The translations under genes were made by a program, and so were the position numbers. The notes beneath the pieces were generated by a model. The model searched no databases and was not told the origin of the DNA. It saw nothing but the letters and a program-made list of their open reading frames with translations. Below are positions 62,689 to 64,000 of a stretch of DNA of 64,000 bases, piece by piece. The stretch's first letter is position 1; every line of letters begins with the position of its first letter. Source of the stretch: Camelus dromedarius (lineage: Eukaryota); contig NC_087449.1 of the NCBI RefSeq assembly GCF_036321535.1, forward strand, positions 23,188,001-23,252,000, given 5' to 3'.

Positions 62689-63222
62689 GGTCTCACCATT
62701 GCTGCCCTTCTGGCTAAGTGGTAACATCTCAAGTCATTTCCTGAGAAAAGCAGGATAGGATGTTAATGTACCTTAATCCAGGGTTTTCTGGACAACCTTA
62801 AAACTTCCAGTAGCGAGATTTGCATGTAAATTTCAGAAGGATGGCCAAGCACATGATCACCGAAAGGAAAGCTGAGAATCACAAACTCAATTCTGAGACA
62901 CTGTACAATTTTCTAGGGCTGCACTTTAGAGATGGTATTATCATACGTGTCTGGAGCTCAAAATAGTCCTTTATTTTGTTTAGTAAATGCCTTGTTTTAT
63001 TTGGCTTGTTAGATAGTTCTGGAATGACTCTAGGCTTCCTCATTTTTCCTTCCCTAGCATTTCCACATCCACGTATGTTAAATGGTGAAGTCATTTCAGA
63101 ACAAATTCAAGTTTCTAAAACCACGGTTTAGAGGCAGAGCCATGTCTATAAGGAAGGAGTCTCTATTTTACACAGATTACTCGTAAGCAGTCATTAAAAC
63201 TTTAGGAAGCAAGTCAACATAC

Positions 63223-63349
63223 CTANNNNNNNNNNNNNNNNNNNNNNNNNNNNNNNNNNNNNNNNNNNNNNNNNNNNNNNNNNNNNNNNNNNNNNNNNNN
63301 NNNNNNNNNNNNNNNNNNNNNNNNNNNNNNNNNNNNNNNNNNNNNNNNN
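63223..63349 (-). CDS. CACHD1: CACHD1 exon 5 (mostly hidden in N-gap; extent predicted)
   Basis: Visible minus-strand ...TAG|GTATGT donor at 63223/63222 gives phase 2, matching the G|CCT ATC start of exon 6 (S-R-P-I). Length 127 nt is taken from the recalled human exon and is not observed. Confidence 0.7.
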
Positions 63350-63365
63350 NNNNNNNNNNNNNNNN
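63226..63365. other. N-gap (140 N) covering most of CACHD1 exon 5
   Basis: Run of N starting 3 nt inside the exon, next to a visible AG|GTATGT donor. Confidence 0.9.
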
Positions 63366-64000
63366 AATGAAATATAACCAGCAAATCCACAGGTGCACAC
63401 AGACACTGCTCCTTCGGCATCTGTTTTGCATAAATGGTTTGTAGTATAAAGAAATCCCACTAGACAGAAGGCTGTAAATTTTCTACTAAACATTTTCTTT
63501 CTGTCCCTTAAAAAAAATACTCCATGAATAAAAAATGTAATAAATGTTTCAGTCCAGTGAAGCAATTATTCTTAACACTGTATGGTGACACTGTATGTCC
63601 TGGATTATTTTTCCAGCAAGAACGATTCATTTGCATTAATCTCTCTTCTCTCTGGGCTGGTCCCTGTTGGGCCAGTGTATACTTGCTGGCTTGGGGTCTG
63701 TTCTCTAACTGTGGAAAACAGTAATATTCATAGGCTTGTCCCCAGAGGGACCAGACCTGTGACCTTGACCTTGTTCACTTCACAATAAGGGAAACAGCAT
63801 TGATGGTACTTGAAAGGCCAAAACTATAATCACTTAGTAGTAACTTACAGAGTGATTCCAATGTGCTAGCACTGGAGTAGAGGCTTTGCCTTATATTATC
63901 TCATTTAATCCACAAAAGAACCCTAGGATGAAGGTGGTATTATTATTCCCTACTTTGAAGTTGATAAAGTATGCTTACAGAGCTCAAGCAATTTGTCTGA

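Larger units (their letters stand above)
7375..64000 (-). other. CACHD1: CACHD1 gene body, 3' part (exon 5 to the last exon); 5' end lies beyond the window
   Basis: 21 readable exons splice in phase into a protein matching CACHD1 as I recall it (VWA with DHGAS, Cache region, Cys-rich region, TM GPVAGGIMGCIMVLVLAVYAY, His-rich tail ending VDAEC*). The 3' end is approximated from AATAAA at 7395-7400. Confidence 0.97.

Overview
Mammalian genomic DNA, most likely camelid, inferred from four tRNA-Ala(AGC)-derived SINEs of the Vic-1 type. The window holds the 3' part of CACHD1 (VWA and Cache domain-containing protein 1, an alpha2delta-like Ca-channel modulator) on the minus strand. I read 21 coding exons with GT-AG sites and consistent phases: exons 6-14 and 16-27, numbered against the human structure as I recall it. 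The stop is at 8897, the 3'UTR is about 1.5 kb, and the AATAAA is at 7395-7400. The two N-gaps (33013-33272, 63226-63365) lie where exons 15 and 5 should be. The rest is intron and downstream DNA with L1, L2, MIR, MaLR/ERVL LTR and hAT relics; repeat family names come from recalled consensus sequences, not a search. The most unusual signal is a ~206-bp element present twice (introns 5 and 7). Each copy has two ~91-92% identical blocks around a diverged but length-conserved spacer, and the two blocks are partly complementary to each other. Also notable are a 210-bp 98%-identical non-tandem duplication in intron 5, inverted lineage-specific SINEs flanking exons 23-26, and a 90-nt intron whose retention stops exactly at its acceptor TAG. 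No prokaryotic-type systems, CRISPR arrays or genuine RNA genes were found.
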